The position numbers were made by a program, and so were the translations under genes. 64,000 bases of DNA from a candidate division WWE3 bacterium UBA1379 (lineage in GTDB: Bacteria > Patescibacteriota > WWE3 > UBA101185 > UBA10185). Positions within the stretch are counted from its first letter, which is position 1; every line of letters starts with the position of its first letter. A model generated the notes under the pieces. That model was not told the DNA's origin. It saw nothing but the letters and a program-made list of their open reading frames with translations, and made no database searches. Location of the stretch: NCBI GenBank assembly GCA_002305475.1, contig DBRB01000015.1, positions 72,987-136,986 of the forward strand. Reading direction: 5' to 3'. This document shows, piece after piece, positions 48,411-57,536 of the stretch.

Positions 48411-49790
48411 ATGCCACAACAAGTATCTATATCGACTCAACAAAAAATCATATCTTTATGTAAAAGACGTGGATTTGTTTTTCCTGGTTCTGAAATATAT
48501 GGAGGTTTAGCTAACACTTACGATTTCGGACCTTTAGGTGTGTTAATGATCAGAAATATTAAAAACAGTTGGTGGGAAACATTTGTGACCAAAAGAAGTG
48601 ATATGTACGGTATGGATACCAGCATTTTAATGTCTCCGAAAGTATGGGAGGCTTCCGGACATACAAAAAGTTTTTCCGATGTTCTTATAGATTGCAAGGA
48701 ATGCAAAACCAGAACCCGCGCAGATCATCTGATCGAAAATTATCTGGAAAAAGATGGTCTTAAACATGATGTAGAAGGGAAAAGTCTAGAAGAGCTGGAA
48801 AAACTGATCAATGAAAACCGGATAGTTTGTCCGAACTGTGGAAAATTTAATTGGACCAAACCCCGTACTTTTAATTTACTGTTTGAAACTCATATCGGAA
48901 TTGTTCCTGAAAATCAGTCACTGGCTTATCTACGGGGAGAAATCGCACAGGGAATGTTTGTGAACTTTGCTAATGTTGTAGATACTATGCGCCCTAAACT
49001 TCCGTTTGGAATTGCTCAGTCAGGAAAGGCTTTTAGAAATGAGATTACACTTGGTAATTTTATTTTCAGAACATTGGAGTTTAATCTGGCGGAGTTTGAA
49101 TACTTTATAGATCCCAGATATAACTGGGAGGATTTCTTTAATTACTGGAAAGTGGAAATGAAGAAGTGGATAATGTCTTTTGGCGTACCGGAGGAAAAAC
49201 TAAGATGGAGAGAACACACACCTGAGGAACGTGCCCATTATTCAAAAATGACCATGGATCTGGAATACGAATATTCATTCGGTTTTAAGGAGATGTTTGG
49301 CCTGGCTTATAGGACGGATTATGATTTAAAAAACCATATCGAAAAATCGGGAGCTAATCTTTATTACGTTGATCCCACCACCTCAGAAAAACTGATTCCT
49401 CATGTGATTGAACCTACTTTTGGGATTAATCGAGTATTTCTGACCCTTTTAGAAAATGCATATTGTGAGGAAGACGAAAGAATTGTTTTGAAACTGGATA
49501 AAAAAGTTGCTCCGTACCGTGCAGCTGTATTTCCTCTGGTCAGAAATAAACCGGATTTGGTGGAAAAAGCCAGGGATATATTCAACAATTTGATTTCACA
49601 GGGATTTTCTTGTGCGTGGGATGATAGAGGAAATATCGGAAAGCGTTATTTAAGCCAGGATGAAATCGGTACACCATCATGCATTACAGTTGATTACCAG
49701 ACTCTTGAAGATGGTACAGTTACGATCAGAGACAGAGATACGACCGAACAGAAACGGATTAAAATTGAAAATATCCATGAATTAATCTGA
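48411..49790 (+). CDS. glyQS: Glycyl-tRNA synthetase, alpha2 homodimeric (archaeal/eukaryal-like) type
   Basis: 459 aa. The N-terminus (RRGFVFPGSEIYGGLANTYDFGPLG) and class II motifs identify it. The C-terminal anticodon-binding domain is present. Confidence 0.9.
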   Translation: MPQQVSISTQQKIISLCKRRGFVFPGSEIYGGLANTYDFGPLGVLMIRNIKNSWWETFVTKRSDMYGMDTSILMSPKVWEASGHTKSFSDVLIDCKECKTRTRADHLIENYLEKDGLKHDVEGKSLEELEKLINENRIVCPNCGKFNWTKPRTFNLLFETHIGIVPENQSLAYLRGEIAQGMFVNFANVVDTMRPKLPFGIAQSGKAFRNEITLGNFIFRTLEFNLAEFEYFIDPRYNWEDFFNYWKVEMKKWIMSFGVPEEKLRWREHTPEERAHYSKMTMDLEYEYSFGFKEMFGLAYRTDYDLKNHIEKSGANLYYVDPTTSEKLIPHVIEPTFGINRVFLTLLENAYCEEDERIVLKLDKKVAPYRAAVFPLVRNKPDLVEKARDIFNNLISQGFSCAWDDRGNIGKRYLSQDEIGTPSCITVDYQTLEDGTVTIRDRDTTEQKRIKIENIHELI

Positions 49791-49895
49791 TTTTTCAAAT
49801 CTATTTATTACTAGGTTTTAAAAAAACTTTAAATTATTCCAGTTATCATAAAATTTTTATCCGGTGTTAAGTGATGTGTGGACAAGGAGAGAAGC

Positions 49896-50864
49896 ATGAA
49901 ACCCTTGATGACTCTGGAGGTACCTGATCCTAAAGTTGTGATAGACGGTTCCTGGTGGTTTTTATACAGTACCCAGATCATACTGAGTAGTAAGCATGTA
50001 AATGTTCCCACCTACACATCAAGAAACGGAGTGGACTGGGTCTATCTAGGTGATTCCATGCCGGAACTTCCGGCTTGGGGTAGAGGAGATGTTTGGGCTC
50101 CTTCTGTCTGTAAAGTTGTAACCGACGAGTACAGGATGTGTGTAACTGTCAGAAGCAAAGACGAAGGATCAATCAGACCTGTTTTAGGAAGGTCTAACAT
50201 TATCAGTCAGGGATGGAAGTATTCAAATCTTCCACTGATACCTTCTCACCGGTTAAGACGTAATTACGGAAAGAAAGGAAACAGAGAAATTGATCCTGAT
50301 TTCTTTTACGATCCAATAACAAAAAGATGGTGGTTGGTATGGGGCGGCGGAGAAATTAAGATACAGATGATGAATGAGGAGGTGACGGATTTTGAACCGG
50401 GTACACGTCCACAAGTAATACTCAAACCCGATCCGGTACGGTGCAAATCGGAAGCTTATTGGATTGAAGCACCCACTCTAACATTTTTTGACGGACTCTA
50501 TAATCTTACATATTCTGCCGGTGTTCATTACTGGATCGGTGACAGAAAGCCTACATATGTGATTAAGCAGGCAAGAGGCATGCATCTGCTTGGTCCGTAT
50601 TTTCGGCCATCGGAGACAGATAATTGTGATGTTTCTGATTATCTTCTGACGGGTTCCCACCTGGAGGGCGGTTGGATTGCACCCGGGCATCATAGTTTCC
50701 CGATAGAAAACGGTCGGGTAGTGTTTGATGAACAGGATATTCTTTGGTGCTACCACCATGCAATACCTGGATATATTTCACCCAGAGGTAAACCTATCTT
50801 TTATATGTTCCGTTACCCTATGCGGTTTGGAGAGGATGGTTGGCTGCAAAGAGTAAAAAGATAA
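49896..50864 (+). CDS. Glycoside hydrolase family 43-like protein (five-bladed beta-propeller)
   Basis: The three GH43 catalytic positions are present: PDPKVV (base Asp), DPDFFYDPITKRWWLVWGG (pKa-modulating Asp) and WIEAPTLTFFDGLYNLTYS (acid Glu). A strong SD (AAGGAG) sits 6 nt before the ATG at 49896. The gene is GC-richer than its neighbours. Confidence 0.65.
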   Translation: MKPLMTLEVPDPKVVIDGSWWFLYSTQIILSSKHVNVPTYTSRNGVDWVYLGDSMPELPAWGRGDVWAPSVCKVVTDEYRMCVTVRSKDEGSIRPVLGRSNIISQGWKYSNLPLIPSHRLRRNYGKKGNREIDPDFFYDPITKRWWLVWGGGEIKIQMMNEEVTDFEPGTRPQVILKPDPVRCKSEAYWIEAPTLTFFDGLYNLTYSAGVHYWIGDRKPTYVIKQARGMHLLGPYFRPSETDNCDVSDYLLTGSHLEGGWIAPGHHSFPIENGRVVFDEQDILWCYHHAIPGYISPRGKPIFYMFRYPMRFGEDGWLQRVKR

Positions 50865-50886
50865 TTGATCCATTCTGTTTAGGAGT

Positions 50887-50925
50887 AAACAGGCAGATAT
50901 TTATTTATATCTGCCTGTTTTTTAT
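50887..50925 (+). terminator. Intrinsic terminator after the GH43 gene
   Basis: AAACAGGCAGATAT-ttattt-ATATCTGCCTGTTT, a perfect 14-bp stem followed by TTTTTTATT. Confidence 0.75.
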
Positions 50926-50947
50926 TAGGTTTCGGGTCTTATTTGTG

Positions 50948-51001
50948 TTGACAGTGGATGTTAAATGGTGGAATATGGATATACTTGGTGATGAATGGTG
51001 A
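50948..51001 (+). promoter_or_regulatory. mraZ promoter region with a five-unit 10-bp-periodic TGG(T/A)(G/T) direct-repeat array (MraZ operator-like)
   Basis: The -35 TTGACA is at 50948-50953. TGGAT/TGGTG units begin at 50956, 50966, 50976, 50986 and 50996, an exact 10-bp spacing. A candidate -10 TATACT is at 50980-50985. Confidence 0.5.
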
Positions 51002-51052
51002 CAGTCGAATCTTAACGTAAGCTGCCTAAGATTCGACTGCCCATACTTTGAC

Positions 51053-51463
51053 ATGAGAATGTTTCTTGGGGAGTATCAACCGAATATAACCGAAGGATCA
51101 CGCATTGCCCTGCCCAAGAAACTTCGGGATCAGATCCACGGAGATGAAGTAGTTCTCTCCAGGGGATTTGAAAAATGTATTTTTATTTATGATAAAGAAG
51201 ATTGGGTTAACGAAGCTAATAAGCAGGTTGACAGTCCGATAACAGATGTAAAGACCAGAGATCTTAAGCGATATATGTTTGCTTCTGCAACGGAAGCCGC
51301 CGTAGATTCTCAGGGAAGGTTGGTCCTGCCCGCCAATCTTAAGGATTATGCCGGGATAGAAAAGAAAACGGCTGTGATTGGAGCGGGAGATCATATAGAA
51401 ATCTGGGATTTTGATGCCTGGAATGCACATTTACAAAAAATTTCTGCCGAACTGGCTGGGTAA
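51053..51463 (+). CDS. mraZ: Transcriptional regulator MraZ
   Basis: MFLGEY...ALPKKLR...LSRGFEKCIFIY, with the duplicated MraZ/SpoVT-AbrB fold. 136 aa. Confidence 0.85.
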   Translation: MRMFLGEYQPNITEGSRIALPKKLRDQIHGDEVVLSRGFEKCIFIYDKEDWVNEANKQVDSPITDVKTRDLKRYMFASATEAAVDSQGRLVLPANLKDYAGIEKKTAVIGAGDHIEIWDFDAWNAHLQKISAELAG

Positions 51464-51466
51464 TTT

Positions 51467-52372
51467 ATGAACAACGCAGATAATATGGCGTATCACATAC
51501 CCGTAATGGTCAGGGAAGTCATTGAGTTATTAATGATTAAACCTGACGGTATATACATCGACTGTACATTGGGTGAAGGTGGACATACCCTGGAAATTCT
51601 CAGACGTGGAGGAAATGTATTAGGAATTGATGTAGATGAAAACACAATTAAACGTGCTAAGGAACGAATTAAAACTGAAGGTCTGGGAGAGAAATTCACT
51701 TTTCTGAAAGGTAATTTCAGGGATCTAAATCAGCTTGCTCAACAAGTAGGGATCAGTCAGGCAGACGGAATTTTGTACGATCTTGGATACAGTTCATACC
51801 AGCTTGGTGTAGAAGAACTGGGAATATCCTTTTTACAGGATCAGGCTTTGGATATGCGGCTAGATAAAAGTCTAGGAGTAACTGCAGCGGATCTGGTTAA
51901 TGCCCTAGGTGAGAAAGAGCTGGCCAGAATTTTTTATGAATTCAGCGATGAAAAGTATTCGAAAAGATTTGCTAAAGCTATCGTACAGCATCGTAATTTG
52001 AAGAAGTTTCAGACTACAACAGAACTTTCCGATCTGATTGCTTCTGTAGCTCCTTTAAATTATGAGCATGGAAGGATTCATCCCGCAACCAGGGTTTTTC
52101 AGGCCTTAAGGATTGCGGTTAACAGTGAAATTGACAATCTGAGAGAATCACTGCCCCGGGCCGAGAAGCTATTACTGCCTGGCGGGCGAATGGCTGTCAT
52201 CAGTTTCCATTCGCTTGAAGATAAGACGGTCAAAGACTTTGGCCGCAGCGCTCGGCCCAATTTAAATCTGGTGACGGAAAAACCACTGGTACCGTCCCAA
52301 AGTGAGACTGAAGAAAACATCAGGAGTCGCAGTGCAAAACTGCGGGTCTTCGAAAAAGTATCTAATGTTTAA
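51467..52372 (+). CDS. rsmH: 16S rRNA (cytosine1402-N4)-methyltransferase RsmH (MraW)
   Basis: HIPVMVREVIELL...YIDCTLGEGGHT...LYDLGYSSYQL...GGRMAVISFHSLEDKTVK. Confidence 0.9.
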   Translation: MNNADNMAYHIPVMVREVIELLMIKPDGIYIDCTLGEGGHTLEILRRGGNVLGIDVDENTIKRAKERIKTEGLGEKFTFLKGNFRDLNQLAQQVGISQADGILYDLGYSSYQLGVEELGISFLQDQALDMRLDKSLGVTAADLVNALGEKELARIFYEFSDEKYSKRFAKAIVQHRNLKKFQTTTELSDLIASVAPLNYEHGRIHPATRVFQALRIAVNSEIDNLRESLPRAEKLLLPGGRMAVISFHSLEDKTVKDFGRSARPNLNLVTEKPLVPSQSETEENIRSRSAKLRVFEKVSNV

Positions 52373-52447
52373 CGACATTGATACTACCTTTTAACCGGAA
52401 AGAGACTATAAATAGATAGATTAAAGAATATTTAAAGAAAAACTGCC

Positions 52448-52777
52448 ATGTTTAAAAACAATTTTAAAAATGAATCGGCCGGATTAAATCTGTCGAAAAT
52501 ACTTTTTAAAATCAGCCTGGTCTCGCTGATTCTAAGTGTTTTCGCCCAGGTATATTTTACGAATAATGTGGCAATCAGAAGCGGGGAACTAACGGATCTA
52601 AAAACAAAAAGAGAAACACTGAAAAAAGAAATTGCCGCACTTGAATACGAAGATTCACTATTATCCTCTCTTTCCTATTTGGAACAGAAATCATCAGAAA
52701 TGGGATTTGTAAAAATGACCGAAAACGTATTAGCAATCAAAAGCTCTTCTACAGCAGCTGCAGTTAGTATCAGATAA
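52448..52777 (+). CDS. ftsL: FtsL-like cell-division protein (single TM plus coiled coil)
   Basis: 109 aa. One TM helix (ILFKISLVSLILSVFAQVYF) followed by a coiled-coil/leucine-zipper-like region, in the conserved position between rsmH and the PBP gene. Confidence 0.5.
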   Translation: MFKNNFKNESAGLNLSKILFKISLVSLILSVFAQVYFTNNVAIRSGELTDLKTKRETLKKEIAALEYEDSLLSSLSYLEQKSSEMGFVKMTENVLAIKSSSTAAAVSIR

Positions 52778-52788
52778 AATAAAACTCC

Positions 52789-54594
52789 ATGAACAGATCA
52801 CGTGAAAAGAAAAACAGCACCTGGAGGATAAGTGTAATACAGGGAGTATTCATACTGGTCTGTCTATTATTTATTGCCCGGTTATTCCAAATCCAGGTTT
52901 TACAGCACAAACAGTATAAAGCTATGGCTTCCGAACAATACTGGACTTTATACGATCTTCCGGCACGAAGAGGGGATATATTAAGTAATGATGGTTTTGT
53001 TCTTGCTACAACCCAGAATCATTTCCTTTTGTTTTCCGAACCTCAGAAAATATTAAAGAAAGATGAAACAGCAAAGGTTCTTTCAGAACTAATGGCATCT
53101 TTTAAGGTGGAAAAAGATGCAAAACCGGAGGAAATTGATGAAATAAAGACGCAGTATCAGGAAAGATTTCAGGGAATATTTAAATCTAATCTTGTATGGG
53201 CAATTCTTGAACACAACCTCACACCCCCTCAAAAAGAAGAGATTGAAAAACTTAGCTTGGAAGGAATTGGGTTTGAAGTAGAACCGGTCAGATATTATCC
53301 GGAAGGAAATCTGAGTGCACATATTCTTGGTTTTGTGGCTAGCAATGAAAAAGGTGAAAAACAGGGGTATTTCGGGATTGAAGGTCAGCTGGACGGAGAC
53401 CTGAAGGGAAAACCGGGAAGAATTATTGAGGAAAAAGATGCTTTGGGTACTCCTATTCTTGTTGGCGGACACAAAAGAGTAGATCCGATAAACGGAAGAA
53501 GTGTGGTATTAACTATTAATCGTTCAGTCCAGTATTTGGTGGAAAAAACACTTAAAGATGGTGTGGAAAGATATGATGCAGCATCAGGAAGTGTTATTGT
53601 GATGGATCCTTTTACCGGTGAAATTGTGGCGTTGGCTAATTACCCCACATTTGATCCGGCAAATTTTACAGATGATGTAAAGGAATCAACCGAGTCACCA
53701 CACAGAAAAAGTATCGAGAAAAGAAACCTGGCAATTTCCGAAACATATGAACCTGGTTCGGTATTAAAACCTCTTACTGTTTCTGCGGCAATAGATTTAA
53801 AGAAAGTCACTCCGCAGACAACATTTGAAGACAACGGGCCGGTAAATTATTCAGGTTACACCATTGATAACTGGGATGGAAAGCACCATGGAACACAAAC
53901 TATCATTCAGTTATTGCAGAAATCAAATAATATAGGTGCGGCTTGGGTAGGGCATTTGGTCGGGGAAAAAGATCTTTATACCTATTTTAGTAAATTCGGC
54001 ATGGGATCAAGACATGGTATTGATCTTGAAGGAGAGGACACTGGAATTCTCAGAGATTATAAAACATGGACCGATATTGATTTGGCAAACATTGCATTTG
54101 GACAGGGAATCTCCGCTACTCCCTTACAGGTTTTAACTGCTTTTAATGTGATGGCTAACGGAGGAAATCTCATTCAGCCGAAAATTATTTCCCGAATTAT
54201 TGATGAAGAAAAAGTCATTGAAGTACCCTTAAAAACAGTCAGAAGGGTAATATCAAAAGAAACATCTGATACTATGGTTGATATGCTGACACAGGCGGTG
54301 GAAGGTGGAGAGTCGAAATATTTTAATCTTAAAGAATATAAAATAGCTGGAAAAACCGGTACAGCCCAGATTCCTATAGGCGGAAAATATGATCCGAGAA
54401 AGACTAATGCCACCTTTGTAGGATTTCTTACCAATACAAAAAAGTTCTCCATGATAGTAAGATTGGACAGACCGGAAACAAGTGTTTATGCTGCGGAGAC
54501 TGCGGTACCTCTTTGGATGAGTATTGCCGCGGAATTGGTTAAATATTACGGAATTGCTCCTGACAATATTATTCAGACAGAGTTGGAACCATAA
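52789..54594 (+). CDS. ftsI: Class B penicillin-binding protein (FtsI/PBP2-like transpeptidase)
   Basis: An N-terminal TM and dimerisation domain, with SVLKP (SxxK), SNN (SxN) and KTGTA (KTG) active-site motifs. 601 aa. Confidence 0.85.
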   Translation: MNRSREKKNSTWRISVIQGVFILVCLLFIARLFQIQVLQHKQYKAMASEQYWTLYDLPARRGDILSNDGFVLATTQNHFLLFSEPQKILKKDETAKVLSELMASFKVEKDAKPEEIDEIKTQYQERFQGIFKSNLVWAILEHNLTPPQKEEIEKLSLEGIGFEVEPVRYYPEGNLSAHILGFVASNEKGEKQGYFGIEGQLDGDLKGKPGRIIEEKDALGTPILVGGHKRVDPINGRSVVLTINRSVQYLVEKTLKDGVERYDAASGSVIVMDPFTGEIVALANYPTFDPANFTDDVKESTESPHRKSIEKRNLAISETYEPGSVLKPLTVSAAIDLKKVTPQTTFEDNGPVNYSGYTIDNWDGKHHGTQTIIQLLQKSNNIGAAWVGHLVGEKDLYTYFSKFGMGSRHGIDLEGEDTGILRDYKTWTDIDLANIAFGQGISATPLQVLTAFNVMANGGNLIQPKIISRIIDEEKVIEVPLKTVRRVISKETSDTMVDMLTQAVEGGESKYFNLKEYKIAGKTGTAQIPIGGKYDPRKTNATFVGFLTNTKKFSMIVRLDRPETSVYAAETAVPLWMSIAAELVKYYGIAPDNIIQTELEP

Positions 54595-54794
54595 ACTGCT
54601 GATACTCAACCCATCTTAAATGTACTATACTTATAGTGTGATGGATAAACACCAACTAATATTATGGATTTATCCGTTTAAATAAATCGTTTTATGAAGT
54701 AATAACGCCAAATAAAGGAGAGATTTAAGTAATTCTATTTATAAAAATTGGAATTATTCTTGTTATATAAGAAAAATTCCTATATCATTTTATT

Positions 54795-55196
54795 ATGAAA
54801 AAGATATTAATAGTGGAAGACGATGAGTCTTTTTACAATGTATGTGCAACTGCCATTAAGTTAAAAGGTTATGATGTTGTCCATGTATCGGACGGTTCAC
54901 AGGCAATTGAAAGGATTCAGAGTGAATCTCCCGATCTGGTTCTTTTGGACATTGTTCTTCCAGGAATGAGCGGACTGGATATATTGCAGAACCTTAAGGA
55001 AATGGAAGAAACAAAAAACATCAGAGTCATTATGCTCACAAATTTTGGTACTGATGCTAATGTCGATAAAGCTATTGAGTTGGGAGCGGAAGACTACATT
55101 ATGAAATACAACGTAGTTCCCCACGAACTGGCGGAAAGAGTGGCAATAGCCTTGGGAGACAGTGCCGATACAGCAGTAAAATTTGTAGGTGATTAA
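54795..55196 (+). CDS. Stand-alone response regulator receiver domain protein (CheY-like)
   Basis: ILIVEDDE...DLVLLDIVLPGMSGLD...IMLTNF...KY (conserved Asp pocket, T and K). 133 aa with no output domain. Confidence 0.8.
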   Translation: MKKILIVEDDESFYNVCATAIKLKGYDVVHVSDGSQAIERIQSESPDLVLLDIVLPGMSGLDILQNLKEMEETKNIRVIMLTNFGTDANVDKAIELGAEDYIMKYNVVPHELAERVAIALGDSADTAVKFVGD

Positions 55197-55216
55197 TAAG
55201 TAAATACCTGCCCAAA

Positions 55217-56053
55217 ATGATTGAGTCATTAATTACTATCACCAGCTCAATAACTATACTCGCTTTAGTATTCCTTTTCCTCTATGTAAAAAAATTCCAG
55301 GAAATAACTGAACTGCACAGACAGATTGAAGAGCTTGAAAAGCATGCAGGGGATGGGGACCGGGTCATGAAGGTACGGGAGGAATTTTTGGCGATGATTA
55401 TTCACGAATTAAGAGCTCCTCTTTCGGTAATTAAAGGTTCTGCTGATCTTATCATCAGAGAAGCTGGAACCTTAACCAAGGATCAGATTTCCGAACTATT
55501 AGATCAGATAAAAACCTCATCTTCCGATTTACTTGGTATGGTAAATGACATGCTGGATGTTTCGAAAATCGAAGCTGGCAGGTTTGAAATCTATCCTAAA
55601 GATGCAGTTTTAAATGATGTACTTGAAGAAGAATATAAGATGTATGTACCCCTCGCTTCTGAAAAAGGAATTGATTTCAGTATTCATCTTGATCCCTATG
55701 TATCTCATGTAAGATTCGATCCGGATAAAATTAGGCAGGTGTTAAACAATCTGCTTTCTAATGCCTTAAAGTTTACTCCACAGGGAGGAAAAGTAGATCT
55801 GTTATCCGAAAAAGTGGACGGTAAGGTTAAGATTACCGTTTCCGATACCGGAATTGGTATTCCGGAACAGATCAAGGCAAAATTATTCAATAAATTTGTC
55901 CAGGGTGCGGCTGGCAACCATTCATCAGAAAAAGGCACCGGGTTAGGTTTGGTGATTGCCAAAGGAATTGTGGAAGCACATAACGGTTCAATTTGGATGG
56001 AAGATAATAAGCCAAAAGGCGTGAAGTTTTTATTTACCTTACCTATCTCGTGA
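55217..56053 (+). CDS. Sensor histidine kinase (one TM, HisKA plus HATPase_c)
   Basis: H-box IIHELRAPLSVIKG; the N, D/G boxes (NLLSNALKFT, DTGIGIP, GTGLGLVIAKG). Confidence 0.8.
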   Translation: MIESLITITSSITILALVFLFLYVKKFQEITELHRQIEELEKHAGDGDRVMKVREEFLAMIIHELRAPLSVIKGSADLIIREAGTLTKDQISELLDQIKTSSSDLLGMVNDMLDVSKIEAGRFEIYPKDAVLNDVLEEEYKMYVPLASEKGIDFSIHLDPYVSHVRFDPDKIRQVLNNLLSNALKFTPQGGKVDLLSEKVDGKVKITVSDTGIGIPEQIKAKLFNKFVQGAAGNHSSEKGTGLGLVIAKGIVEAHNGSIWMEDNKPKGVKFLFTLPIS

Positions 56054-56065
56054 TACTATTCTCTC

Positions 56066-57445
56066 ATGATTATTCCGGATCATATTTTTAGGACATATGA
56101 TATCCGAGGGGTTTATCCTGATGAAATAAACGAAGAATCCGCTTACCACATCGGAAGAGCATTCGGAACTTTAGTCAGAGGAAAAGGGTGGTTTGATTGT
56201 GTGGTCGGGAGGGATAACCGGACATCATCTGAACCATTAAGCAAAGCTGTGATTCGGGGACTGACAGATTCAGGTTGCAATGTAATATATACAGGCCTAA
56301 CTACCAATCCTCAGATTCATTTTTTTACTCGCCATGAAAGTTTTCATGGCGGAGTTAATATCACTGCCAGTCACAATCCTCTACAGTTTAATGGAATAAA
56401 ACTAGATCTTAATGGTGCGGTTCCAGTGTGGGGAATTGGTCTGAAAGAACTCAGAGAAGTATGTCTAAAGGAAAATTATGTTTCAGGAGAAGGTGCAGTT
56501 CAAGAAAAAGATCTGTCAGAAAGTTATGTTAAATATGTAACCTCAAAATTTACTAGCCTGAAAAGCGGAAAAATTGTGGTGGACAGCGGTACAGGTGCTG
56601 CAGGTGTATCTGCGAAAAAAATATTTGAGAAATTAGGTCTGAATACTGTATTTCTGCATTGTGAACCTGACAGCAGTTTTCCCCTGGGGCCTCCCGATCC
56701 TGAAGGAGAAGTAATGCAAAAAAGATTAAGCTCAGAAGTGCTGGAGCACGGTGCAGATATAGGTTTTGCATTGGATACGGACGGTGATCGTCTGAATGTA
56801 GTGGATGAAAAAGGTAAAAGCTACCGAAGTGATGAAATTCTAATGTTAATAAGTGAGGATATGCTGAAACGATATCCCGGAGGACAGGTGGTATATGATG
56901 TGAAATGCACCGGACTTTTGGATAATGTAATAAAAAAAGCAGGAGGAATTCCGAAAATGACGGCAACGGGTCGTTCCATAATTCTTAATGAAATGAATAA
57001 ATCACTTTTGGGAGGAGAATTCAGCGGACACATCTATATCGGAGGAGATGATTATCTGGGATATGATGACGGAATATTTACAGCACTGACAGTTCTTAAG
57101 ATTATTCAGGAACATAACTTACCCTTATCTGCATTAATGAGCAGTTATCCCCGGCTGCCCAGCACATTGGAAATAAAGGTGGATGTATCAGACAAGGAAA
57201 AACCCGGCGTGATGGAAACAGTCAGAAGACTGGTTTCGGACATGGTAAAGAATGAAGACAGAATCATCAGGGTACTGTATATCGACGGAGTAAGAGCATA
57301 TATTTCCGAGACCGGATGGTTTCTCATACGCAGTTCAAATACCTCACCATATTTAAGTGTTAGAGCGGAAGGAAAAGACCAAGAGGAACTTGATGCTCTG
57401 TTATCAATTACGGAAGAAATTCTTAAAAAAGCACTTAATAACTAA
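56066..57445 (+). CDS. Alpha-D-phosphohexomutase family enzyme (phosphomannomutase / phosphoglucomutase / GlmM-like)
   Basis: The active-site serine loop ITASHNPLQFNGIKL, metal-binding FALDTDGDR, and the sugar-binding GGEFSGH-like region. 459 aa. Confidence 0.8.
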   Translation: MIIPDHIFRTYDIRGVYPDEINEESAYHIGRAFGTLVRGKGWFDCVVGRDNRTSSEPLSKAVIRGLTDSGCNVIYTGLTTNPQIHFFTRHESFHGGVNITASHNPLQFNGIKLDLNGAVPVWGIGLKELREVCLKENYVSGEGAVQEKDLSESYVKYVTSKFTSLKSGKIVVDSGTGAAGVSAKKIFEKLGLNTVFLHCEPDSSFPLGPPDPEGEVMQKRLSSEVLEHGADIGFALDTDGDRLNVVDEKGKSYRSDEILMLISEDMLKRYPGGQVVYDVKCTGLLDNVIKKAGGIPKMTATGRSIILNEMNKSLLGGEFSGHIYIGGDDYLGYDDGIFTALTVLKIIQEHNLPLSALMSSYPRLPSTLEIKVDVSDKEKPGVMETVRRLVSDMVKNEDRIIRVLYIDGVRAYISETGWFLIRSSNTSPYLSVRAEGKDQEELDALLSITEEILKKALNN

Positions 57446-57536
57446 TAATTGTTGTAATATTGCTTGTTAAATTTCTGATATACTTTAAACAGGTGCTGAA
57501 GGCACACGGTGTACATTTAATCTAGGAGAAATATAT

